From positions 1,635,165-1,674,189 of the forward strand of contig MU053594.1 in the NCBI GenBank assembly GCA_013239625.1: DNA of 39,025 nucleotides, in the 5' to 3' direction. Below the pieces are notes generated by a model. It saw nothing but the letters and a program-made list of their open reading frames with translations, ran no database searches and was not told where the DNA came from. A program made the translations under genes and the position numbers. The stretch comes from Lama guanicoe (Eukaryota). This document shows positions 1-11,150 of this stretch, one piece after another. Every line of letters begins with the position of its first letter. Position 1 is the stretch's first letter.

Positions 1-249
1 CTTCAACATCACGTATCTCCTGACCTCCTCACCCCAGCCTCTCCGGAGCAGCTCCTCAGAGCTACCTGAGAGGCTGCCCCAACCCCCGGCTACAATCCTC
101 AGTAAGTCCCCCAGTGAAACTGAAACTCACAGCTCTCACACTGTGAATTCTTATTTCAGTCGATGGAAGGGAGGGAGAAAGGGCAGGTAGAGAGAGGAAG
201 GAAGAAAGGAAAGTAGGAAGGAAGAAAACGAGGCTACTTTGCACTCTTT

Positions 250-582
250 TTAATTGAAGTGTAGTCAGTTACAATGTGTCAATTTCTGGTGTGCAGCATA
301 ATGTCTCAGTTATACATATACGTACATATACGTTTTCATATTCTTCTTCATTATAGGTTACTACAGGATACTGAATATAGTTCCCTGTGCTATACAGAGG
401 AAACTTGTAGTTTCTCCATTTTTGTGAGGAATCTTCTTGTATTTCGAACTAAAAGATCTTCTGCCAAAGTTCCGTAGGTGTTCTGTGCGAATGGATGGGT
501 CCGTAGTGGCAACTTTTGCTGTATTCGTGGGAGAAGGTGAGCTGGTCGTCCTTCTACTATGCCATCTTGACAGTCTCCTCTC
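250..582 (-). mobile_element. Internally deleted (head+tail) L1 element: ~160 bp of L1 5'UTR start fused to ~170 bp of L1 3'UTR end
   Basis: The minus strand starts ggagaggagactgtcaagatggcatagtagaaggacgaccagctcaccttctccc, matching the L1 head at ~30890-30926. It ends in the young L1 tail (ctgtatagcacagggaactata...cattgtaactgactacacttcaattaaaaaa). Flanked by a 13-bp TSD with 1 mismatch: ctttgcactcttt 237-249 / cttggcactcttt 583-595. Confidence 0.75.
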
Positions 583-599
583 CTTGGCACTCTTTAGTT

Positions 600-915
600 T
601 CCTGATGGGAGTCCACATGGTCTGCCTTTGCAAACTTCTCTCTCGCCCACCTCCAGACACTTTCCCACCTTCAGTCCTTCCCTTGTCCCATCCACTTCCG
701 TGCACCTCCGAGCCTTTGCCAGCTGTGTCTTCTGCCTGGCTTATCTCTCTGCAATTCCTACTCATTTTCAAAACTCAGTCCAAACATTGCTGCCTCTGGG
801 GACTGTTCCCTGACTTAAAACATCCAACCTAGTTCCCCAGCGCTGCACTCCCCCTCCCATGCTGCCTGACCCCTAGGAGGTGCTCAAAAATGCTTCTTGC
901 CTGGAAGAGTGACTG
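600..915 (+). mobile_element. L2 3' fragment
   Basis: C/T-rich degenerate L2 body ending in an L2-type terminus (taggaggtgctcaaaaatgc...gagtgactgaa). Confidence 0.5.
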
Positions 916-984
916 AAAAAGGACACTGGGAATAAATTCCCGTGTGGGCTGCCAGCAAGACACTCACTGGTCATCAAAATCTTT

Positions 985-1350
985 CTCTTTCTTTTATAGG
1001 AATAGAACTGTAGCTGGGCACTGGCTCCGGGAAGGGAACGCTTTCCCCAGCGCCCCTTGCTTCCGTGGGACTAAGTTCTGACCATTGGAAAGTGAGCAAA
1101 AGTGATGAGTGCCACTTAAAATACATCCAGGTGCTCCTCGGAGTCTTTCTGGAACCCATAAGTGCTTGCATACCAGCTTTTGTCAGCAGTCCTGACTAAG
1201 GCCCGAGGCGTGGTGTGGGTTCCCTCGTGGAATAAACCGGTTCATCGACTCCCCATACACTGTTGAATGAGAAGGAAATAAACCTCAGTGCTGTCATCTT
1301 GGGTGTTTTTCTTCCAATGGCCTTTCCTTTCACCCTAACTGACTGTAAGA
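985..1350 (+). mobile_element. MLT1-type (ERVL-MaLR) LTR fragment
   Basis: The motif ttccccagcgccccttgc...gactaagttctgaccattgg...gtgagcaaaagtgatgagtgccactt resembles the MLT1 core. Downstream aataaacc...ccctaactgac. Boundaries are approximate. Confidence 0.55.
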
Positions 1351-3939
1351 GCAGGCGGTTGCCTGGCATGAGTCACATCTGGTTCCAGGTCACAACAGTG
1401 AAAATGCCCCCTAAGGGCCAACTTCGTGTGATGTGGTTAAGAGCCCGTACTGAGCACTCGCCCTGAACAGTAAGGGCCTCCCCTGCGCCACCTCCCCGGC
1501 ACCGCAGGGAACCCATCTCTGCCCTCTCTCGTCTTGCCTCCGCCTTTCCCTGTCCCTTCGCGGCCCAGCGGAGGATGCACAGCGCTCCTGGAGTTTCCGG
1601 GAATAACACGTATGTGTAGCCATTTGCAAATGTTGGCTTTGGAAAATTATGAGAAACATGGAAATTGAAGCCGAGCTCGCTCGCGCTCTCTCTCTCTCAC
1701 CCGTCACCACTGCAAACTCAGTTCACGTTAGTCATAAAGCCGGATGGGAGGCTTTGCCGTCTACAGCTCTCCCACCGACGGCTCATTGGATCTTAAGCTT
1801 CTAAGGGAATCCTCACGGACCAAGGAACTAGGAAAGGGAGGAAAGCATCGTGAGATGCAGCCTGTGACCGCTAGAGGGAGACGCTTCCTTATGAAACATG
1901 TCAGAGCCGGCTACCTACCAGCGAGGATTCTTAGCGGAGACCAAGAGATGTGAGGGGGAGCCCATTCCTCATCCTCCTCTTTCAGACACGTGAGGAGGCA
2001 GCATCTTCTCAGGAACCATATGGGCCCTTTCTCCACTTTGGTCAAGACAAGGCTGTGTTTTGCAAAGTCCATGTGTTAACCCAGAGTTCCTGCAGAGCAG
2101 GGCAACAGAAGTGGGAGAGGGGGCAATTGAACAAAGACCCAGGAAAAGAAAAGTCTAATGCTGCCCTCAAGCAGCTGAGAGGAAACGGGGAGGGGGCACA
2201 CCTGCTCGGTGCTGCTTCAAACGGCAGGATAGGAGCCGAGGGTGAGAGCTACAGGGAGAAACTGGGACACTCAACAGAAGGGCTCCTTGAAAACAGCTGT
2301 CAAACTGCAGAGGGCGTTCTTGCCAGGGAGCTAATCAAGCCAATCAATCTTCCTGGGGTAGTGGAGAGGGGACGGACGCCTGTACCGTGTGGGAGGTTGG
2401 TCTCATGGTCTCTGAGTCTACAGGAAGGAGAAAAGTGGCCTGGGTGTCCCCTCCGCCTCCCCTTCCCTCTGAGGGGCTCTTTGCTCGTCGTACTACTACG
2501 TGCCACCAGGGGGCGCAGCTGCTCTGGGAGAAGCCATCCCATTGGGGTTTTCAGAGCAGTGCCCACCCTGGATTAAGACTACCTGTTGGGTCAGGACAGC
2601 ACAGTGAGACGGGCTTTGTTGCATCCCTGCTCTCCAAACACACTGCAAGGGTGGGAAAACATAAAAAGGGAACCACAAAAGATATAGTTGGGCTGAAAAA
2701 ATATGCATTAATCTCTTATCAGAAATGGAATAGAAACCCCCAGCAGTGAAGAGAGGTGAAGCTCTGGAAGCTGGCGGGGGGTCAGGGAGCTCAGCTCTAA
2801 CGGCAACAACAAAAGAAGGACTCAAAGTTCTCCTCTGCTTCAAGTCAGCTCTGGGTGGGGTCACCCCTACTCCAGAGAGGAGGCTGAAAAAGACTTCAGC
2901 CAAGTGCAGCTTGGGGTGACAACGTCCTAGGAAGCTGTGGGCACAGGGAGTTGGAGGATAAACTCGGTTCTTCCAGGAACTGAGCCAAGATAGCCCACTG
3001 TGCTAAATCCATCTCCTACCACCAGCCAACAGCACAAGGCCTGTTTCCGGACCAGAGGTTCGGGGAGCCCAGAGGAACCAACCACAGCACCTTTAGACAG
3101 GTGGGGCTGAACACATAGGAAGATAAAGAAAAAAAACCCCAAAAATTTCCCATCCCCGTTCCAGATGAGCCTGCGAATCTAAAATTATGAAACACATGAA
3201 GAAACAGTCAAAAAATCAAGAATCGGAAGGTGAACCGATCCAGATGAAACCAGTTTCAGGAAGCAGCACGACAGACCTAGGAAAGGACGTCAAGGGAGTT
3301 GGAGAGATAAGTGGAAGTGCAGCGTCTGCCATGCGAACAGCGGCAGCGGCCAAGCCGCACATGTGCTGGCCCGCCAGAGCAGCGCCCGCCGGGGTGGGTC
3401 ACAGAGAGGGGCAGGAGCGTGTGTGCAGGTCCCCGAGCCCTCTCCTCCTAGGGCAGCACAGACAGGTCTAGCACAGGCCAGACAGTAGGAGCTAGATCCT
3501 AACTCAGACGGACGGGTTTTGAAGCTGTTGACTAGAGGAGTGTGGGCCTCTTTCTGGAGCAATCAGAAGCTGGGATGCGACAGCAGAATGATGTGGCAGA
3601 ACCTGTGCTCAGTGTTCCTAGTGGGAGGAAACACCAGCACGCCCACCCCTGTGATCAAGACTGAGGTCCAAGCCTACTGGTGGCAGCTAAATGGCTTGGC
3701 AGCCTGGTGGCAGGGATTCATGATGGGGGGAGCACCAGCCCCATCTCCAGGCGTGATGGGGGGAGTGAGGGCATAAGGCTGGTACCCAGTCCTCACTGTT
3801 GAGCAGGATCAACTGTCATAAGTACTGGGCCCCTTCCCATGGATTCCTGCTGGAAGCAACTCCGTTTCTGGGAGGCCCACCTGCAGGGCATCAGTCCTAG
3901 ACGTACCCACGTTTACCTCTCAATATCTACTTCAAAGAG

Positions 3940-4300
3940 AACCCCCAAAATTACAAAACCAAAACAGATAGACACGAAAAAAAATTTTTTTTTCATCTTG
4001 GAAATGAAAAGCACAGTGATTAAATTTAAACCTCCAACAGTCACAAAAATCTCTACGCTGGGCACAGTCAGAGAGGGAATTAGCTGATGAAGGAAGGCTC
4101 TGTAGTATATACGTATGTATGTGGATGACTGAAACATGACGCTGCATGCCACATGCATGACACAACATTGTAAACTGACGATACTTCAATTAAAAAAAAG
4201 AGAGAGAGCGGGCACTGCAGAATTCACCCAGGACGCAGTCGGAGCACAGAGATGAGGGGCATGAAAGTCCAGTCAGGATGGCAGATGGACTAAGGGGATC
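3940..4300 (+). mobile_element. Ancient L1 ORF1 (coiled-coil) remnant, interrupted by a young L1 tail
   Basis: The translation LEMKSTVIKFK...STLGTVREGIS resembles the L1 ORF1 LEMKN...RLDTAEERISELE segment. It continues as gaattcacccaggacgcag after the insert. Confidence 0.45.
4106..4200 (+). mobile_element. Short 5'-truncated young L1 3' end
   Basis: tatatacgtatgtatg...gactgaaacat...cattgtaaactgacgatacttcaattaaaaaaaa; same tail family as 250-420, 5349-5570 and 5948-6014. Confidence 0.75.
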
Positions 4301-4339
4301 TAATGAACACGCAGTTAGAAGTTTCAGAAAAAGAGAAGA

Positions 4340-4860
4340 AAGGAAGACGTGAGGAGGTCCTTCCTCACACCCCACACCCAATCCATCCGCAGGTTCTCTT
4401 GACTCAACTTTCAAAATACACTGTGAATCCAACGGCTTCCACCTTCCACCTTCCCTGTCCCCTTCACCATGATCCAAGCTGCTGTCATCTCTTGCTTCTT
4501 AATTGATCTCCAGCCCAGTTACAGTTTTGTCTTCATGCAGCAGCCAACGTGATCACCATGAGGACATAACTCTGGTCATGCCATTCCCCGCTCAAAGCCT
4601 CCGGTGGTGGCCAAAGTCAGAAGCCCTTATCAAGTCCTGCAAGTTCCTTCATGACCTGGCCTGCAGCCAGCGCTCCCTTTCATCACAGCCTCCTTGCTGT
4701 CCCACCAACACTGAGGGCACTTCACCCCAGGGCGTCTGCCTCAGGGAAGCATTCTTCAGATAACTGCATGGTTCATGTCTCCCTCATTCACTCAGCTCCC
4801 TGATCAAGGTACCCTCATCAGAGAGGACTTCTCTATCGTTCGATCTCAATACCCTCCCAC
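4340..4860 (+). mobile_element. L2 fragment
   Basis: cacaccccacacccaatccatc...ttcaaaata...gaatcca...catctcttgc, typical of the L2 3' region. Confidence 0.6.
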
Positions 4861-5348
4861 CCCTATGACGGGCATTCCAGATCCCTGGAGATAGGATGGC
4901 CTCTTCCTTAAATGCTTTTGATGTAACCAGTTATCCATATGGGAAAATATTTGATTCTTATCTCCCACTGTCACAAAAATAAATCCCTGATAAACTCAAG
5001 ACCCATATGTGATGTGCAAAGCTTCCCAACTTCAGAAGAAAATATAGGGGGATATCTTTTGAATACTTCATGGAAGGGGACGATTCCTTTTAAAAGACTC
5101 AAGAAAAAGAAAAAAAAAACACTGCTCGTAAAAGAAAAGATTGCAAAGGTGACTATAATAAAAGCAAAAATGCGTGTTTAGCAAAACACACCATGAAGAA
5201 AAGTACATGGCAAGCCACATTTTGAGTAAAGATGTAATACATACAACCAACAAATGTTTGTTACCCAGTGTTATAAAGAACTACAAACCAACAAGAAAAT
5301 AACAACCAAATAGAGAAATGAGCAAAAGGTGTGAAGAGGCGCTTCTAG

Positions 5349-5844
5349 GGTAAGCTGGGATTATGAGTTGTGCAGGTACTAACTACTATATGTAAAACAG
5401 ATAAACAATAGGTTTCTTCTGTAGAGCACAGAGAGCTTTATCCCATCTCCGGAAGTAACCTCTAATGAAAAAGCATATGAAAAGGAATATATGTACGTGT
5501 ATGTATGACTGAAACATTATACCATACACCAGAAATTGATATAACATTGTAAGCTTCAATAAAAAAAATCAATGTAAAAAACAACAAAAACAAACAAAAA
5601 AAAGAATGCAAAAACTGGCTTCAGAAAAGAGAGAGACTAACTACTAAAAACTAATAAAACTGTGCACTTTAAATGGAAGGATTATATTTCAATAAAGTGT
5701 TAAAAGAAAAAAAAAGAAAAGAGAGAGAGAGATGAAGAGAAACAACCGTCCGCTCAGAACCAGCCACATGTGAAGCCAAATTCATCCCAGGACTTCCCAG
5801 TCATGTAAGCCAATAAATCGGCTTGAATTTAAAAAAAAAAAAAA
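5349..5844 (+). mobile_element. Young L1 3' end with 3'-transduced flank
   Basis: L1 tail at 5349-~5570 and an A-rich tract to ~5603, then additional sequence with AATAAA at 5812-5817 and poly(A) at 5831-5846. TSD aagaggcgcttctag 5334-5348 / aagaggcatttctag 5845-5859. Confidence 0.75.
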
Positions 5845-5947
5845 AAGAGGCATTTCTAGAACAGAAAGCCAAAATGGCCATACTATAAGTCTGAGAGAGA
5901 ACACGTTAAAAGTTCATACTTACCCATATAAAGGAAATATGCCTTGA

Positions 5948-6014
5948 CTGGGACACTGTGCTGTTTGCCAGAAATTGACACATTGTAACTGACTGTACTT
6001 CAACTAAAAAAAAA
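5948..6014 (+). mobile_element. Very short (~67 bp) young L1 3' end
   Basis: Perfect 18-bp TSD aaaggaaatatgccttga at 5930-5947 and 6015-6032 around an L1 tail plus poly(A). Confidence 0.85.
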
Positions 6015-9000
6015 AAAGGAAATATGCCTTGAGACGATAAGGTACTGATTCACACCAAATCTGCACAAATGAAACCTGACAATTCCCAGGGTTAGCAAGG
6101 CTGTGGAGCGCTTGCAGATCCGGAGGGACATATAACCTGGAGACCTGAAAAAAGACCGAGCAGGAGCTTGTGGCGGAAGCCCAGGCAGGAGAGGAAGACA
6201 GAGGATCACGGTGTCACCCACTGCGGGATGACCAGGTTAAGAGGTGACAGGGGCAGCGTTCGCAGGGAAGGGGTGCTGAGACCCTGATGACGGCCCGTCT
6301 GAGCAGGCTTCCTCCCGTCCGCCTTATCCTCAGAGCGCCAGGCACGCCCAGGTTTCCTGGAGCTTTTCGGCAATGTGGGAGGCTGACTTTAAGAAAATGG
6401 CAGAATCACAATTTCAAAAGGGCTAGGCCCCCGTGCAAGTGAGACACCGTGAAGGGTAAGCACCTTGGCTTCGGGGCCACTCTGCTTCTGCCGACACGTG
6501 TCATAGCGGTTAATTTGTTTACGTCTTCGTGGCCTGTTGGCACCACTGAATGGTGTGGTCCTCGGGGGCAGGGGTGTCTTGCTCCGTGGAGCTGCTGCTT
6601 ATCACCGAGTAAGGCTCAGTGAGTCTCACAGAATGAATTAAATATCTAGCACCAGCAGCCCCAAGGAATAAAAACGATGTCCTTGGAACCTTCTCTGCCC
6701 TGTCACTCAGACCCTGGGCCCCTCTGGCCCTGGGTCCGCAGTTAGGAAGGCTGTCTATGGAAGTCGAGGCCTTCCCCGGGTCCGCACTGGGCCTCCCCCC
6801 TCTGTCTCCCACGTCACCCCCCTTCCCTCTCCCACGAGGTGCTGCTGCCCCCTGATCATCCTCTGGGCGTTTCCTCCATGCTCGTCCAGAACCTACACTG
6901 CGCTCAGGGTCCAGGTCAAATGCCTCCTCTTCTCCTCCGCCAAGCCCCCGCATCCCACCATCTGTCCTTTGCTTGCAGTGGCCAGCCCTCTCTACCTGAT
7001 TCTATTCTGTCTGTGTCCCTTAACCCATCTCCCAAGGATGAGCTCCTTGAGGACCTTTGGCTTGGCCCACCCTCGCGTTTCCTCCTCCCCACTCACCACC
7101 CAGACGGAGAGCACCTTGCGCTAATCAGCACGGGTGGCGCAAGTGTGATTTGAGCAGGGGCTGCGCCCGCAAGACGGAACCACTAACCAGCAAGGGGTTC
7201 GAAGAATAATACTGGAGGAGAAGCAGGTTTGGGAGGTGAGACAGTGATCCCACTATAGACACTTGGACTTGGATGTGCTCACAGAACCCGCACGGGCCGA
7301 CGAGCAGACGGCTCTGGCGCCCAGGAGGGGGGGCTGGCCTGGAAATTAGGCACAGGATTTCCAGTGACATCGCTGTCTCCATTCAATGAATGAAAAAAAA
7401 ATAGAATTTGGAGAAGGAACTTGTTCAAACTTTTACGGTAAAAAGTGGTAGATTCCACTAGTGGAGTCTGTCTGACACTGTCCCACCTGGGGAGGGGAGG
7501 GGCAGAAGTCTCTCCGCGGGAGAGTCAGAAGATTCCAGAAGTTCTAGATTGTGCTGGTGACTTCAGTGGTTTGGGGCATGTCCAGGACTAACGCCACTCC
7601 TCTTCTGAGCCCCAAAGACAGATGAGTGTAGTTGAGAAAACCCTGGCACAAGAAATGTGAAACCCGCTCCTAATTTATGTTTTTCCTTATGTGTTTCCCC
7701 CTCGGAGCCTCAGTTTCCTCAGCTGTCAAATGAAGTTGAACAAATGACCCCTAAGTTCTCATAATTCGACCATAGATGAATCAGTGATTCATCTCTTTCA
7801 TTCTCTCATTTTTTAATACAAGCCCAGGATGATTTCTTTTCTAAGTACTTTGTTTCTGGTTATAACATTAATATAATATTAATATCATTTTGATCATGTT
7901 CACTGCAGAAAATGTGATAAAAGAGAAAAACCCAAAGAAGGAAAGAAAAATCACTACAGGGTCGCCAGTCAGAGACGAACAGCGCTAACGTTTTGCTCTG
8001 ATTTCTACTGGTCTTTCTCTTACTGTGCAAATACATGTGGCTCTTTTTTTTTTTTTAACAGAAATTGGGTAATAAAATCGATCACTAACTGAGAGCTTGA
8101 TACACATGAGGCTCAGATCCAAGCTCTCTAAATACACACCACCTACAACAGCCCTGCAAGGTGGAGAGCCACGTCTCCATCCTACAGAAAAGGAAAGCGG
8201 AGGGCAAAAAAAAAAAGGAGAAAAGGTCAAGTAACCTTTCTGAGGCAACACAGCCAGTAAGTGACAGACCCGAAGTCCAGAATGTTTATCATTCTAGCTT
8301 TCTGAGCTGGTTTTTGTGATTTTTTAAGAATTTAATTCCTCCTTAATGTGTTCCCATCCCTTTATCAATGTATAAAAGTCCCATTTACCAGCAGCCTCAT
8401 TAAGGTGGGGGACTATCCTATTTTTATTCATCTTTGCTGATGTTGTAAAAGTGAAAATTTTTGTCAATGAAGTTGAACCTCTTCTAATGTCATTGCCCAT
8501 TTCGTGATTCATCTTAACAAGCATTTACTATCCAGATCCTTGGAAGACAGGAGAGAAATGAAGAAACAGGAGGAAAGAGAGGGAAAATTCATTTTACTCA
8601 TGTCACAAAACCAAGGACCTCCCATGTGAAGGGCATGTTGTGAGCCCTGCAGGCACTGAGAGGAATAAAAGTGAGCAAATATTGAGCACCTGTTCTGTGC
8701 CAAGCCCAGGTAGGCTGAGTATCATGGGAGACACAAAAGAAGGTACAATATTTGTCGTCCAAGAACTTGCAATCTAGTTGGGGAGGGGGGAAAAAAGTGC
8801 AAGAAGAGGTTCTGAACTTCATTCCTCCCTTCCCCGATCTTTCATGGAGCTGCCTTTCTACGTCCAATGTGGCTTTGGGGGTTAATCGTAAGCTATTGTC
8901 CTGTGTCCACAGGCCTCTCTTTCTGGGCTCCCTGAGCGCCCCAGAGGGCAGGGAGGGTGTCTTACTCATGCTTCTGCTACATCATGTCAGTGGATGATTT

Positions 9001-10368
9001 CATAATTGCTACACAATTTTTTATTCAGTGAAATAGTGACGGGTTGCCAGTTCCTCTACCCACTGCCCACACCCACCCCCGTACTAGCCCACCGTAAGCC
9101 GAGAGCATCAGAAGCGCAGGCAGGCACTCGCGCACAAGCGGATGGAAATAGACATTAAATTAACATGAGCAGCATGACGTCACTGGTTTGATTAAACAAC
9201 CACCACACTCCCTTCAACCACCAGAGCCCCAGGATTCTCTGTCCCTTCCTTTACCGGACTGAGCGTGCAGGGCGTTCAAGAGCCTGGGGCTTGTCAGCTG
9301 CCTGTCTGCTTTGCACCTCCTGATTGAGCTTCAAGTCTCCCTCCCGCCCTCCCAGGCAATGCAAACCTCGTGATCATCTCCCGCCCCATCTCCAGTGTCT
9401 TGGACTCAGGAATCCAGCCCCTATGCACGTAGGCTGAACAAGGTTCACCTCACATGACTTGTTTCTTTCCCCTTTCACCTGCTGTACTTTCTCTAGCCCC
9501 GCGCCCAGGCTCATCCCTTTGCCCAGCTCCTGGCAGCTTCCAGCCCAGCCCTGCGAGGTCTCCTTTCCCTCTTCTCTAAGGCACCAGAGTTTTCCCTTGA
9601 CTGTTCACTGATGTACATCATCTGTACCTCCCAGGGCGTCGAGGGCCAGCACAGCTAAGTAAACACTGGCTTCATTCAGACTCTGATTTTAAATCTGAAT
9701 TGAATATATTCACATTCTGCTTAGAATTTCAAGGGGGTTTCTGTTCCGTGGGGGCTGGAGGGGTTGGAAAGTTGGGCCTTGAACCTGAGGAAAGTGTAAG
9801 ACTTAGGTGACAAGGTGGGCACCAGTCTTTGTCCCCTGGCCCCTTTCTTTCCATTTCCCCTCCTTCCGCTCCCAAGGAGCCTTCAGTAAGATCAGGAAAG
9901 AGAGGTAAATGGTGAGCAAAGTACTGTATTGAAGGAAGTGAGTGGAGGCGGTGCGTACAGCCTGCCTTGTTCATGGTCCACACGAGCCTCGGGAGTGACC
10001 CGGCCCCCCGGACTTGCAGCAGGGCCCCGAGAGAGGCTGCAGATACAAAAGGCCAAGAGCCCTGTGGAAGAGAGAAGGGGGGAGACCAGAGCAAGGAGGG
10101 GATCCCCAGAGGTGTGACTGAGGGGTGCTGTGAGGGGAAGAATGAAGCAACATTCTGCCCTACACTCTCGATGGCATGTATATCAGCTAATAATAAAACT
10201 CTCTCGCTGATGTCTACACATCCTTCCATGTCACCAATAAAACCAAGGGGTTGTGGTGTGTGTGATAACTGCCACTGACCAGACAGGCCCTGCACCAGGT
10301 GCTATATCAATGTGACCTCATTGAATACCACCTGGCACTATGTGCCCAAGACCACCAAGCTTCCTAGT

Positions 10369-11150
10369 CAGGGGTTCTCAAACTTTGGGGTGGGCATGCT
10401 TCAAGAAAACTCTAATTCAAAAAGATACAAGCACCCCGATGTTTGTAGCAACACAATTTACAATAACCAAGACATGGAAGCAACCTAAATGACCACTGAT
10501 GGATGACTAGACAAAAGAGTTTTGGTATATTTATACAGTGGAATACTACTCAGCCATAAAAAAGGATAAAATAATGTCATTTGCTGCAAGATGGATGGAC
10601 CTGGAGATTATCATACTAAGTGAAGTAAGTTAGACAGAGGAAGACAAATAACATATAATATCACTTATATGTAGAATCTAAAAAATGATACAAATGAACT
10701 TATTTACAAAACAGAAACAGACTCACAGACATAGAAAACAAACTTATGGTTACCAAAGGGGAAAAAGGGGGAGGGATAAATTTGAAATTTGGGATTAACA
10801 AATACACACTACTGTATATAAAATAGATAAATAACAAGGACCTACTGTATAGCCCAGGGAACTATATGCAATATATTTTAATAACCTATAATGAAGAAGA
10901 ATCTGAAAGAGAATAGGTATATATATGTATAACTGAATCACTTTGCTATGCCTGAAAGAAACACTGTAAATCAACTGTACTTCAAAAAAAATAAAAATAA
11001 AAATAAAACTTTGGGGTGCGTAAGAACCACCTTGGGGCTGAGCAGAATGGCACACAGAGATGCCATTTCCTTAGATCTGGGTGGGGCCCAGGAACATGCA
11101 TTTTTAATAAACATCCTGTGACACTGATGCAGATGTTCAAGGACCACATA
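10369..11150. mobile_element. MER5A-like hAT DNA transposon split by an L1 insertion
   Basis: caggggttctcaaacttt at the left end. After the L1 it continues gtaagaaccacc...agatctgggtggggcccaggaacatgcatttttaa...ggaccacat. Confidence 0.65.
10393..11005 (+). mobile_element. 5'-truncated L1 (ORF2 end + 3'UTR)
   Basis: Classic L1 3' sequence (gacatggaagcaacctaaatg...ggaatactactcagccataaaaaagg...atggatggacctggagattatcatactaagtgaagtaag) with an A-rich tail. 13-bp TSD aaactttggggtg at 10380-10392 / 11006-11018. Confidence 0.9.

Larger units (their letters stand above)
4905..6120 (+). mobile_element. Old L1 (L1ME-like) ORF2 3' remnant hosting two younger insertions
   Basis: A-rich ORF2-like sequence (cagaagaaaatatagggggatatctt; agagaaatgagcaaaagg...aagaggcatttc...aaaatggcca) that resumes after the inserts at 5349-5844 and 5948-6014. 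Confidence 0.6.

Noticed and set aside
1950..2576. 208-aa ORF on the plus strand
   Set aside because: Non-ATG start, no recognisable domain or splice context; expected by chance in GC-rich, probably repeat-derived DNA.
9729..10295. 188-aa minus-strand ORF and overlapping ORFs
   Set aside because: No recognisable homology, and several frames are open because of base composition.
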